A stretch of DNA of 64,000 nucleotides. Origin: Candidatus Poribacteria bacterium. GTDB lineage: Bacteria; Poribacteria; WGA-4E; GCA-2687025. Shown in pieces: positions 31,572 through 40,032 of this stretch. Positions within the stretch are counted from its first letter, which is position 1; every line of letters begins with the position of its first letter. The notes under the pieces are model-generated. The model was not told where the DNA came from, searched no databases, and was given only the letters and a program-made list of their open reading frames with translations. The stretch covers positions 1,184,001 through 1,248,000 of the forward strand of contig OY762492.1 in the NCBI GenBank assembly GCA_963665845.2, written 5' to 3'. The position numbers and the translations under genes were made by a program.

Positions 31572-31724
31572 ATGCGTCGACTCATACGCCTCGTGACCGA
31601 AGACGGCAAAAACACCTACGTCATGAAAAAGAAGGTGGACCCTGACAAGGCGAACCAGCGCATGGAGATCAAAAAATACTCCCGCTACCACCGCAAGCAC
31701 ATGATCCACCGAGAAAAGCGGTAA
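31572..31724 (+). CDS. rpmG: 50S ribosomal protein L33, divergent, Cys-free
   Basis: 50 aa MRRLIRLVTE...YVMKK...RMEIKKYSRYHRKHMIHREKR matches the L33 pattern (MR..I.L, Y...K, E.KKY....RKH..H.E.K); SD aaggag. Confidence 0.8.
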   Translation: MRRLIRLVTEDGKNTYVMKKKVDPDKANQRMEIKKYSRYHRKHMIHREKR

Positions 31725-31727
31725 CCC

Positions 31728-32234
31728 ATGAGCTACGAGCAGCATCAAGAGGAGGCGGCGGGGCGCCCCGTCGCCTGCGCGGTCGTCACCGTCTCGGACA
31801 CGCGGACGCCTGAAACGGATGTGAGCGGCGCGTTCATTATGGACGCGCTGAAAGAGGCGGGGCATTCCGTGGCAGGATACGCCGTCATCAAGGACGAACC
31901 TGATCAGATACAGGCGGCGCTGGAGCGTTGGACCGGCAAGGAGGAGCCGCAGGCGGTCATCTTCACCGGCGGAACAGGCATCGGAAAGCGCGACACCACT
32001 TTCGACATCGTGAGCGTTTTTTTAGAGAAAACGCTGCCGGGATTCGGCGAGATTTTTCGTTACTTGAGCTACGAGGAGATCGGCTCCGGCGCGATCATGT
32101 CGCGGGCGACCGCCGGCGTCGCGCGGGACACGATCGTGTTTTCGATACCCGGCTCTCGAAACGCGGTCGGACTCGCCATGGAAGCGCTCATCTTGAAAGA
32201 GCTGCCGCATCTGGTCTGGGAGGTCGCGCGTTAG
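31728..32234 (+). CDS. moaB: Molybdenum cofactor biosynthesis protein B (MoaB/Mog)
   Basis: TVSDTR, TGGTG..RD.T, PGFGE.FR, SRATAG, PGS. Confidence 0.92.
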   Translation: MSYEQHQEEAAGRPVACAVVTVSDTRTPETDVSGAFIMDALKEAGHSVAGYAVIKDEPDQIQAALERWTGKEEPQAVIFTGGTGIGKRDTTFDIVSVFLEKTLPGFGEIFRYLSYEEIGSGAIMSRATAGVARDTIVFSIPGSRNAVGLAMEALILKELPHLVWEVAR

Positions 32235-32268
32235 CCGGCGTTAGCGGAAAGAGCGGGGACAAAGGCGT

Positions 32269-34218
32269 ATGAACCGGGCGGACGAACGCAGCCCCGCGCG
32301 GCAGGTCGGGGTGACATGGCGCGCGGTCGCCCTAGGGGCGGTTCTATGCGTCCCAAATGTGTTCTGGGTGCTGGAAGTGGAGGGGATGTGGCACTCTGGA
32401 CATCCGACCACCATCTCGCTTTTCTGGAACGTCGTTCTCAACATTTTTCTCCTCATTATTTTCAATTTAACCGTACGCCGATTCCGTCCGGCGTGGGCGT
32501 TGAATCAAGGCGAATTGATCACCATCTATGTGATGCTGTCGGTTGCCTCCGGGCTGGCGGGGCATGACGCGCTCGCCCTCACCATACCCGCCATTCCGCA
32601 TGCGTTTCAGTTTGCGACGCCTGAAAATCAGTGGGCGGAAATGTTTTTCAGGTATATCCCTGAGCATCTGGTCGTCTTTGACCCTGAAAAGAAGATCATT
32701 GACGGATTTTATGAGGGCGACTCGCTTGATCAGTTTTATGCGTGGAAGACGCTGCGCCCTTGGCTGCGGGTGACGCTCTGGTGGACAAGCCTGATTGCCG
32801 CGCTGGGGCTGGCGATGGTCAGCATAAACGTCTTTGTCCGCAAGCAGTGGACGGAGCATGAGAAGCTGGCGTATCCGATCATTCAGCTGCCGATGGCGAT
32901 CACGGAGAAAGGCGGCGCGTCCGGCTTTTTCAAAGACAAAATACTCTGGATCGGGTTCGGCGCGGCGGCGGCGCTGGACATCCTGAACGGCTTGAATGCG
33001 CTGTTTCCGTTTGTGCCGGGCTTTGCTGTGCGGCATAACCTGCGCACGCTGCGCTTCACAGAGCGTCCGTGGAGCGCGATGGGAGGCGTTCCCGTTCCGC
33101 TTTATCCGTTTGTGATCGGGCTGGGTTATCTGCTGCCGCTGGATCTGTCGTTTTCGATGTGGTTCTTCTTTGTGTTTAAGAAGCTGCAGCAGGTGTTTGT
33201 GTCGGCGACCGGAATGCGCGTCGCGGGCGCTCCGTTTTTGAGCGAGCAGTCGATAGGCGGATGGCTGGCGGTCTTTTTTGCGGCGGTCTGGTCGACGCGG
33301 CGGCATCTGGCGAAGGTCGGAAAGCATCTGGTCGGCGTACAGAAGATGGACGACAGCAAGGAGCCGATCAGCTACCGCGCGGCGGGCGTCATGCTTCTGG
33401 TCTGCTCGGCGTATATTGTGTATTTCTGTTTGAACGCGGGAATGACGCTTGCGATTATTTTGCCTTTTTTCGCCTTCTTTTTTGCAATATCCATCGGCAT
33501 CACGCGGGTCAGGGCGGAGTTTGGACCGCCGGCGCATGAGATGGCCGGCATGGTGAACGCGCAGCAGTTTTTGATCAACATCCTTGGAACGCGCGGGTTC
33601 GGTTTTCAAAATCTAGGCGTCGTTCCATATTTTTGGTTTTTCAGCGGACGCGGTTATCGGGAGCATATCATGCCGCATCAGCTGGAAGGCTTTAAAATGG
33701 CGGAGCGGGCGAATATGAACACAAAGCGGCTGGTGTTCGCCATCGGCGCCGCTCTCGTCATCGGCTCCCTCGCGTCCTGGTGGGCGGGCGTGAGCGAGAT
33801 GTACCGTCTTGGACATGCGCGCGCCGCCCCGTTCGTCGGGCATATCGGTCAGTTCAACTGGGTCGCCGGCCATTTCAGCAACCCTGTCGACCCGAACCGT
33901 CCGGCGATGGCGGCGATGGCGGGCGGGATGATCTTCACATTCCTGCTGATGCTGATGCGCATGAAGTTCATGTGGTGGCCGTTTCATCCGGCGGGGTATG
34001 CGATTTCGATGACGTTTGGAGTGGAGTATTTTTGGTCATGCTTGGTGATCTCATCGGCGTTGAAACTGATCATTCTCAAATTTGCGGGCATGAAAGCGAA
34101 CCGCCGAGCGACCAAGTTTTTCTTCGGAGTGATTTTAGGCGAGTACTGCGTCGGCGCTTTCTGGAGCGCGCTGAGCGTCATTTTACAGGCGAGGACATAT
34201 GATTTTGCGCCAGGTTAA
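32269..34218 (+). CDS. Polytopic membrane protein (DUF6785/DUF6784-like), paralog 1
   Basis: Many TM segments; R.QW...EKL.YPI, R.RAE.G.P, MP.QLEG.K, WWPFHPAG motifs. Confidence 0.75.
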   Translation: MNRADERSPARQVGVTWRAVALGAVLCVPNVFWVLEVEGMWHSGHPTTISLFWNVVLNIFLLIIFNLTVRRFRPAWALNQGELITIYVMLSVASGLAGHDALALTIPAIPHAFQFATPENQWAEMFFRYIPEHLVVFDPEKKIIDGFYEGDSLDQFYAWKTLRPWLRVTLWWTSLIAALGLAMVSINVFVRKQWTEHEKLAYPIIQLPMAITEKGGASGFFKDKILWIGFGAAAALDILNGLNALFPFVPGFAVRHNLRTLRFTERPWSAMGGVPVPLYPFVIGLGYLLPLDLSFSMWFFFVFKKLQQVFVSATGMRVAGAPFLSEQSIGGWLAVFFAAVWSTRRHLAKVGKHLVGVQKMDDSKEPISYRAAGVMLLVCSAYIVYFCLNAGMTLAIILPFFAFFFAISIGITRVRAEFGPPAHEMAGMVNAQQFLINILGTRGFGFQNLGVVPYFWFFSGRGYREHIMPHQLEGFKMAERANMNTKRLVFAIGAALVIGSLASWWAGVSEMYRLGHARAAPFVGHIGQFNWVAGHFSNPVDPNRPAMAAMAGGMIFTFLLMLMRMKFMWWPFHPAGYAISMTFGVEYFWSCLVISSALKLIILKFAGMKANRRATKFFFGVILGEYCVGAFWSALSVILQARTYDFAPG

Positions 34219-35278
34219 TGCGGGCTGGATGTATCGAATAGCCGCCGTTCTTCTGTGTTGGACAGGCGCGTCGGCAACGTCGTTTGCGCAGACGGAGGAG
34301 AGCGGCGGCGCCTACGCGCTCGATTTCTTGACGATTGGCGTCGGCGCGCGCGCCGCGGGAATGGGCAACGCTCATACCGCCTTGGCGGAGGACGCGACCG
34401 CCGCCTACTGGAACCCGGCGGGGCTGGCGAACATCGAAGAGCGCGCCTTTGCGGCGCAGCATGGCGACATGTTCCAGCAGTCCGGCGGCTTTCCCCTTGG
34501 ACGCGGGCTGGCGCAATACAACTATCTCGGCGCCGCGATGCCGTTTGAGGGCGGCGTCTTATCGATCAGCTGGATGCGCCTCGGCGTGGACGACATACCG
34601 CGCGTCACCTTCATTGATGTGAACGGCGACGGCATACTCGGCACCTTTAGGGACCTGAACCAAAACGGCGTCAAGGACGACGGAGAAGCGTATATCGACG
34701 AGCCGGTCGTCGCGGAAACCTTCAGCAACTCGGACGACGCGTTCTCCGCCTCCTATGCGCGCCGCTTGACGGAGCGTTTGTCAGCGGGCGGCTCGCTCAA
34801 AATTTTCCGCCAAAGCCTTTTAAACTACGCCGGCGCCGGCGCCGGTTTTGATCTCGGCGGTACGTATCGAATCAGCGGCTCTCTTAAAGCGGGCTTGACT
34901 CTCCAGGATATGTTCGGCTCGCGGGTGAAATGGAACACGCCGACGCGCCCGACGTTTGTCAAGAAGATGAACGCGCGGTTAGGTCTGGCGGGGAAATGGC
35001 AGACGGGAAGGCTGTTTGAGACAGCGGCGGCGGCGGATATTCATCTGAACGATTCGTTTCAGCGCAGCGAAGGCGGCGGCTCGCGCCTGCATGTCGGGGC
35101 GGAGCTGACGGTCTTAAAGACGGTCAGTTTTCGCGCCGGTTTGGACGCGGGCGATTTCACCGCGGGGGCGGGCGCGCGCGTCCCGATCGACGGCGCGCTT
35201 CTCTACGCCGATTACGCTTTTATGACGCATCCTGATCTGGGCGACGCGCAGCGCATCTCTTTGAGCGGGACGTTTTGA
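34199..35278 (+). CDS. PorV/PorQ-family outer-membrane beta-barrel protein
   Basis: Signal peptide; FLTIGVGARAAGMG.A..A...DATAAYWNPAGLA; DYAF; C-terminal Phe; start may be 34229. Confidence 0.8.
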   Translation: MILRQVNAGWMYRIAAVLLCWTGASATSFAQTEESGGAYALDFLTIGVGARAAGMGNAHTALAEDATAAYWNPAGLANIEERAFAAQHGDMFQQSGGFPLGRGLAQYNYLGAAMPFEGGVLSISWMRLGVDDIPRVTFIDVNGDGILGTFRDLNQNGVKDDGEAYIDEPVVAETFSNSDDAFSASYARRLTERLSAGGSLKIFRQSLLNYAGAGAGFDLGGTYRISGSLKAGLTLQDMFGSRVKWNTPTRPTFVKKMNARLGLAGKWQTGRLFETAAAADIHLNDSFQRSEGGGSRLHVGAELTVLKTVSFRAGLDAGDFTAGAGARVPIDGALLYADYAFMTHPDLGDAQRISLSGTF

Positions 35279-37206
35279 ACGGCGGCGAATCGAGCCAATC
35301 AGCGGAAAAAGCGCGCGGCGCTACGTCGCGCGGAGTTACATGGCGCGCTGTCGGGCTTGGCGCGGCGCTCATTCCGTTCAACGCCTACTGGATACAGGAC
35401 TCGGCGGGGCAGGGCTATCCGACGACCGTCTCGCTGTTTTTCAACGTCATCTTTTGCCTGTTCTGGATCACGGCGCTGAACGCGGCGCTGGGACGCGCCT
35501 TTCCAAAATACGCGCTCTTGCAGGGCGAACTGCTGACCGTCTACACGATGGTATCGATTGCGTCCGCGCTGGCGGGGCATGACATGCTGCGCGTTCTCAT
35601 TCCGATGATCGCGCATCCGTTCCGCTTTGCGACGCCGGAAAACGAATGGGCGGAGCTGTTCCACCGCTACATACCGGACTGGATCGCCATCAAGGACAAG
35701 GCGGCTCTGGAGGAGCTGTATCAAGGAGAGTCGTCGCTGTACCAATGGAAAAACGCGAAGGTATGGGCGGTTCCCGCGCTGGCGTGGACCGCGTTTTTGA
35801 CGGCGCTGACAACCTTCATGCTGGGAATCAATCTCATCGTTCGCCGGCAGTGGACGGAGAACGAGAAGCTGTCCTATCCGATCATACAGCTCCCGCTGGA
35901 GATGACAGCGGGCGGCGGTTCAAAGGGAGCGCTGCGGTCGGGGGCGTTGTGGGCGGGCTTTGCGCTGGCGGGGGCGGTGGACGCCTTGAACGGGCTGAAT
36001 TTTCTATATCCGTCCATGCCGAGCCTCGGCGGAAAGTTGGTGAACCTTCAGCCGATACTCTTCAACGAAAAACCTTGGAACGCCGCCGGCTGGACGCCGA
36101 TTGGACTCTTTCCGTTTGCGGTCGGGATGGCGTTTTTTATTCCGCTCGATTTAGCGTTTTCCTCCTGGTTTTTCTATCTTTTTTGGAAGGCGGAGCGCAT
36201 CCTCGGCGGCGCGTTGGGATTGCGGAACATTCCGCGTTTTCCGTATGTGGATGAGCAGTCGCTGGGAGCGTATATCGGGCTGTTTTTGATCGCGGCGGTC
36301 GTGTCGCGGCGGCATTTGGCGCATATCGGGCGCGGTCTGCTTCGGCGCGGAGCCGGCCGCGCGGAGGGGGAGCCGTTCACCTATCGGGGCATGCTTTGGC
36401 TGCTGATTCTTTCCGGAGCGGCGCTGTTTGCGTTTTGTAAATTGGCGGGGATGTCGACCTGGGCAATTCTGATGTTTTTCGCCGTCTATTTCATGATCGC
36501 CGTAGCGGTGACCCGCATGCGCGCCGAACTCGGCTCTCCTGTGCATGACCTTCATTTTATTGGTCCGGACGAGATGGGTCCGCGCATCTTTGGAACGCGC
36601 GTCTTGGGTCCGCAGAATCTAACGATGTTCTCCTACTTTTTCTTTTTTAACAGAGCGCACCGCGGACATCCGATGCCGCACCAGCTGGAAGGCTACAAGC
36701 TGGCGGAGCGGGCGGGAAGCGGCAGCCGCCGTTTGACATGGGCGATGCTGCTTGCGGCGGTCGCGGGCATTTTGGCGTCGTTTTGGGCGTATGCGCATCT
36801 TTCGTATGAGGAGGGGGCGCGGTCATGGTTTGCGGGTCATCCGTTCAACAGGCTGCGCGGCTGGCTTGCGTCGCCGAAGGAGCCGGACGCGGGCGCTGTC
36901 GTTGCCGCGGGCGCGGGCTTGGCGCAGACCGTCTTTTTGATGGCGATGCGGATGAAGTATGTATGGTGGCCGTTTCATCCGGCGGGCTTTGCGATCTCAA
37001 GCAGCTGGTCAATCAATGTGTTCTGGTTCTCTATTTTTGTCAGCAACGTACTCAAATGGGTTCTTTTGAAGCAGGGCGGTTTGACGCTGCATCGGCGGGC
37101 GGCGCCGTTTTTCTTGGGGCTGATACTGGGGGAGTTTGTGGTCGGCGGCGTATGGAGCCTTATCGGCGTTCTTTTAAACAGGCCGATGTACCGCTTTTTG
37201 TATTAG
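35275..37206 (+). CDS. Polytopic membrane protein (DUF6785/DUF6784-like), paralog 2
   Basis: Colinear with 32269-34218 (GVTWRAV, FATPEN.WAE, PLDL.FS.WFF, WWPFHPAG). Confidence 0.75.
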   Translation: MNGGESSQSAEKARGATSRGVTWRAVGLGAALIPFNAYWIQDSAGQGYPTTVSLFFNVIFCLFWITALNAALGRAFPKYALLQGELLTVYTMVSIASALAGHDMLRVLIPMIAHPFRFATPENEWAELFHRYIPDWIAIKDKAALEELYQGESSLYQWKNAKVWAVPALAWTAFLTALTTFMLGINLIVRRQWTENEKLSYPIIQLPLEMTAGGGSKGALRSGALWAGFALAGAVDALNGLNFLYPSMPSLGGKLVNLQPILFNEKPWNAAGWTPIGLFPFAVGMAFFIPLDLAFSSWFFYLFWKAERILGGALGLRNIPRFPYVDEQSLGAYIGLFLIAAVVSRRHLAHIGRGLLRRGAGRAEGEPFTYRGMLWLLILSGAALFAFCKLAGMSTWAILMFFAVYFMIAVAVTRMRAELGSPVHDLHFIGPDEMGPRIFGTRVLGPQNLTMFSYFFFFNRAHRGHPMPHQLEGYKLAERAGSGSRRLTWAMLLAAVAGILASFWAYAHLSYEEGARSWFAGHPFNRLRGWLASPKEPDAGAVVAAGAGLAQTVFLMAMRMKYVWWPFHPAGFAISSSWSINVFWFSIFVSNVLKWVLLKQGGLTLHRRAAPFFLGLILGEFVVGGVWSLIGVLLNRPMYRFLY

Positions 37207-37226
37207 CGCCGGCGCTTTCCGCGCCT

Positions 37227-37326
37227 TAAACCCCCCTAGCCCCCCTTTTCAAGGGGGAATCGGACGCCGCGCCCGTCCTCTAAACCCCCCTAGCCCCCTT
37301 TTCAAGGGGGAATCGGACGCCGCGCC
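37227..37326. repeat. Two tandem copies of REP-like family C (TAAACCCCCCTAGCCCCCTTTTCAAGGGGGAATCGGACGCCGCGCC)
   Basis: Direct repeat at 37227 and 37281; further copies at 44979, 54855 (rev), 60124, 61333 (rev, degenerate). Confidence 0.85.
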
Positions 37327-38414
37327 TATTCAATATCCCAGATGTAGATCTCGCCGTTTTCGTCAGCGCCGGCGATCGTTTTTCCGTCCGGCGAATAAGC
37401 CATCATGACGATTTGCTTTGATGAATGAGAGAGCGTATGCAGCAGCTCGCCGCTCGCCGCGTCCCATATCCTAACGGCGTTCGGGATGTTTTGGACGAGA
37501 CTCTTGCCGGTCGGCGAATACGGACTCCCATACAGAAGCCTATGGTGTATCTCCATCTTCTCGTTCAGCGTCTTGATCAAGGCGCCCGTGTCGGCGTCCC
37601 ATATCTTAACATTGCGTTCGCTGACGCTGGAGATCGTTTTGCCGTCCGGGTAATACGCAGGATTCAATATTTTGCTGCGATGTCCGTAGAGCATATGAAC
37701 TAAAGCCCCTGTTTCCGCGTCCCAGACCTGGATTCCGCTTTCATAGCTGGCGGTTACGATGCGCTTGCCGTCCGGCGAATATGAGGCATACGACCTGCCG
37801 CTGTGTCCGCCGAGCGTATGAAGCAGCGCGCCCGTCTCAACATCCCATATCTTCGGGGCGGAATTGGGGCCGGCTGTGGCAATGCGCTTGCTGTCCGGCG
37901 AATACATGAAGGAGAACCCGTCTACGGTATGAATTCGCGCGCCTGTGTCGACATCCCAAATAGAGACCGATTTGCCCGAGCTCGCCGTGGCGACTGTTCG
38001 ACCGTTTGGAGAAAACTTGACATGGCCGAGGCCGCGGGTCGCTTCGAGCGTTTTCAATTCGCCTGTGGAGATATTCCACAGAAAAGCATCCTTGAGAGGG
38101 TTCCCTGCGGCAATCAGCCGCTCATCGGGCGATAGAGACGCAAAGACGCCGGGGACGCTCTCTGCATTGAGAAGCCAGCCCGTTTCGACATCCCAAAGGC
38201 GAACGGCGTTGTCCTCGCCAGCGCTAAGGAGCGTCCTGCTGTCCAAAAAAAAGGCGAGCGATGATACGAAACGCGAAGGCGAATGCCCCGGCAAGATGGT
38301 TCGAGGCGGTACCGCCTCTACTTCGTCGCCTTGGCGCAGCCAAAAGAACGCGCCGACCGCCGCAACCAGCGCAGCCGCTAAACCGATCCATACCCAGCCC
38401 TTAAACTTGTCCAT
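37326..38414 (-). CDS. Membrane-anchored WD40 protein, paralog A
   Basis: N-terminal TM helix; YSPDG...IWD repeats. Confidence 0.9.
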   Translation of the reverse strand: MDKFKGWVWIGLAAALVAAVGAFFWLRQGDEVEAVPPRTILPGHSPSRFVSSLAFFLDSRTLLSAGEDNAVRLWDVETGWLLNAESVPGVFASLSPDERLIAAGNPLKDAFLWNISTGELKTLEATRGLGHVKFSPNGRTVATASSGKSVSIWDVDTGARIHTVDGFSFMYSPDSKRIATAGPNSAPKIWDVETGALLHTLGGHSGRSYASYSPDGKRIVTASYESGIQVWDAETGALVHMLYGHRSKILNPAYYPDGKTISSVSERNVKIWDADTGALIKTLNEKMEIHHRLLYGSPYSPTGKSLVQNIPNAVRIWDAASGELLHTLSHSSKQIVMMAYSPDGKTIAGADENGEIYIWDIE

Positions 38415-38458
38415 GAATATCCCTCATGCGCGTTAGGCTAGCATCAACAAGGATGGCA

Positions 38459-39574
38459 TCAAGGCGCGGGCTTCGCCTGTTCAATACGCCAGATGTAAAT
38501 CTCGCCGTTTTCGTCAGCGCCGGCGATCGTCTTTCCGTCCGGCGAAAAGGCCAGCCTATAAAAATTCTTTGATGAATGGGAGAGCGTGTGCCGAAGCTCG
38601 CCGCTCGCCGCGTCCCATATCCTGACAGCGTTCCGGATGTTTTGGATGAGATATTTGCCAGTCGGCGAATACGGACTCCCGTACATATGCCTGCCGCCCT
38701 TCACCATCTTTTCGTTCAGCGTTTTGATCAAGGCGCCTGTTTCGGCGTCCCAGATCTTAACGTTGCGTTTGCCGACGCTGGAAATCGTTTTCCCGTCCGG
38801 ATAATACGCGGGCATCAATCCCTTTTCGCGATGTCCTTGGAGCGTATGAACGAAATCTCCTGTTTCCGCGTCCCAGACCTGAATCCCGTATTCATGGCTG
38901 GAGGTTACGATGCGCTTGCCGTCCGGCGAATAGGAGCCGTACGACCATATGGTATGTTCGCCGAGCGTGTGAAGCAGCGCGCCTGTTTTGACATCCCACA
39001 CCTTCGGAGCGGAGTCGTTGCCGGCTGCGGAGCCGGCTGTGAGGATGCGCTTGCCGTCCGGCGAGTACATGAAGGAGAACCCGTCTACGGTCTGAAGCAG
39101 CGCGCCCGTCTCAACATCCCATATGCCAATGGAGTCGTACGATTCCAACGAGGAAACCGTTCGACCGTTTGGAGCAAACATGATCGCCTCGGCAATACCG
39201 CGGCTGGCTTCGAGCGGTGTCGATTTGCCTGTGGAGAGATTCCACAGATAGATTTTCTTCGGAGAATTAAATACAGCAATCCGTTGTTCATCGGGCGATA
39301 TGGTCGCAAAGGAGCCAGGCGCTATTCCTGTATTGAGAAGTTTGCCCGTGTCGACATCCCAGAGGCGAACGACATTGTCGTTGCCCGCGCTGAGGAGCGT
39401 CTTGCCGTCCGGAAAAAAGGCGAGCGATGAAACGGCGGGCGAATTTCCCGGCAAGATGATTCGGGGCGGTACCGCCGCTATCTCCGCCTCATCGCCCTGT
39501 CGCAGCCAGAAGAACGCGCCGACCGCCGCCGCAACCGCCAACCCGATCCATATCCAGCGCTTAAACTTGTTCAT
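38459..39574 (-). CDS. Membrane-anchored WD40 protein, paralog B
   Basis: Colinear and highly similar to paralog A; SD gggagg. Confidence 0.9.
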   Translation of the reverse strand: MNKFKRWIWIGLAVAAAVGAFFWLRQGDEAEIAAVPPRIILPGNSPAVSSLAFFPDGKTLLSAGNDNVVRLWDVDTGKLLNTGIAPGSFATISPDEQRIAVFNSPKKIYLWNLSTGKSTPLEASRGIAEAIMFAPNGRTVSSLESYDSIGIWDVETGALLQTVDGFSFMYSPDGKRILTAGSAAGNDSAPKVWDVKTGALLHTLGEHTIWSYGSYSPDGKRIVTSSHEYGIQVWDAETGDFVHTLQGHREKGLMPAYYPDGKTISSVGKRNVKIWDAETGALIKTLNEKMVKGGRHMYGSPYSPTGKYLIQNIRNAVRIWDAASGELRHTLSHSSKNFYRLAFSPDGKTIAGADENGEIYIWRIEQAKPAP

Positions 39575-39656
39575 GGGCATCCTCCCTGTCAAGCATGCTA
39601 GCAGCGGCAAGGATGCGCGTCAAGGAAGGGGATGACAGCGGAAATCGGCGGTACGG

Positions 39657-39685
39657 TTGACGAAAGCGGGGCGTTGACGTACATT
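39657..39685 (+). promoter_or_regulatory. sigma70-like promoter
   Basis: TTGACG-17 nt-TACATT upstream of 39715. Confidence 0.55.
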
Positions 39686-39714
39686 AACCTTAGCAGGCGT
39701 TCGATATTGGCGAC

Positions 39715-40032
39715 ATGGAAAGGATGAGGCGCTTTATGAAAATTTTACTGGCGGCGGTCTGCATTGCCGCATGCGCAATGTATGCCGGATGCGGCGACGA
39801 GACCACCATCATTCACACCACTCAAGAAACGCGCGAGGACGACGAACTCTCATACGGCATGGACTCGGAGCGAACCGCCGAAGAGCCGACAGGCATGGAG
39901 GATGGCGGGTTCGATGCCGACTTTGACAGCGCGCTCGGTCTCTCTCTGGCGGCGCTCCTAGCGGCTGCGGCGGCGGCGGCAGCGCGCATTCGCCGCCGGC
40001 AGATTCGGCTCGCCGCCCCCGCTCTGAAATGA
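39715..40032 (+). CDS. Small lipoprotein with C-terminal hydrophobic helix and Arg cluster
   Basis: Lipobox-like YAGC; acidic linker; LGLSLAALLAAAAAAAARIRRR; ATGA overlap with the next gene. Confidence 0.6.
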   Translation: MERMRRFMKILLAAVCIAACAMYAGCGDETTIIHTTQETREDDELSYGMDSERTAEEPTGMEDGGFDADFDSALGLSLAALLAAAAAAAARIRRRQIRLAAPALK

